From contig NC_133617.1 in the NCBI RefSeq assembly GCF_048593235.1, positions 70,206,937 through 70,270,936 of the forward strand: DNA of 64,000 nt, read 5' to 3'. Source of the DNA: Sminthopsis crassicaudata. Taxonomy: Eukaryota. Position numbers and translations under genes: made by a program. The notes below the pieces were generated by a model. It was not told where the DNA came from. It ran no database searches and worked only from the letters and a program-made list of their open reading frames with translations. Of this stretch, positions 63,475-64,000 are shown piece after piece. Within the stretch, counting starts at the first letter, position 1. Each line of letters starts with the position of its first letter.

Positions 63475-64000
63475 TTGGGAAGTATGTTGCTTTATATTTA
63501 AGTGTACTGCTGCATTTTCTAAATGGAAAGTATGTGAGGGGTGCGGTTTGGGGTCAGGAGCTAGAGTGGTGAGTAGTAGGAATATATTACCCCAAACCCT
63601 GGGTTACTCCTAAGATCCTTAAAGAGTTGAATAAGTAAACTTGTATCTGATCCCCTCTTTGCCCACTCTGGAAAAATAACTCAAAACTGGAAGTATGAGT
63701 GTCAGCTTAGAGTGAATGGATCACCCATGTAGAAGTGGGAGTGTGGGTGCCATGTATAGTGCCATGCCCAGGTTATTTAGAGAACTGGTGACTTCAGAAA
63801 TGGAAGAAGGAAAGAGGTTGAAACCTAAGAAGGCTTAGGATTTGAGTGGCAGTCCTCTTGCCCAAAATATGTCCCTTTATCACCCCAAATTCCATAAATT
63901 AGAAACTAATTTGAAAATATCTTAAAACAAAAATAAAAACAAAAACAAGTGAATACCCAGGAAGTCTTAAGGGACTATCAGTCAGTCATTCACTTCTTAT

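Overview
Eukaryotic genomic DNA from a marsupial, most likely a dasyurid (dunnart/antechinus/devil/quoll group; inferred from WSINE1-type SINEs with G-rich tails and an OC1-like hAT element). Four spliced protein-coding genes lie in tandem on the minus strand in the same order as human 19p13: YJU2B/CCDC130 (9 coding exons, 367 aa), MRI1 (6 exons, 358 aa), C19orf53 (3 exons, 91 aa) and ZSWIM4 (14 exons, ~1105 aa). All four reconstruct by hand with GT-AG introns and consistent phases. The rest is mainly L1, L2, CR1/L3, MIR/MAR1 and WSINE1 repeats, with one assembly gap. The standout is in MRI1 intron 2: an ERV-type LTR and a tRNA-Lys primer-binding site are followed by a ~100-nt leader and then an intronless full-length TRA2B cDNA where gag should start. 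No poly(A) tail or 3' LTR is visible. This suggests retroviral/LTR-mediated capture of a splicing-factor mRNA, although an L1-made retrocopy inserted into an ERV leader is not excluded. Also notable: a 33-bp SINE-tail-derived minisatellite open on both strands in MRI1 intron 1, an OC1-like hAT MITE, and an unexplained ~245-bp inverted repeat at 62.5-63.5 kb. All family names come from recall of consensus sequences; no database search was run.
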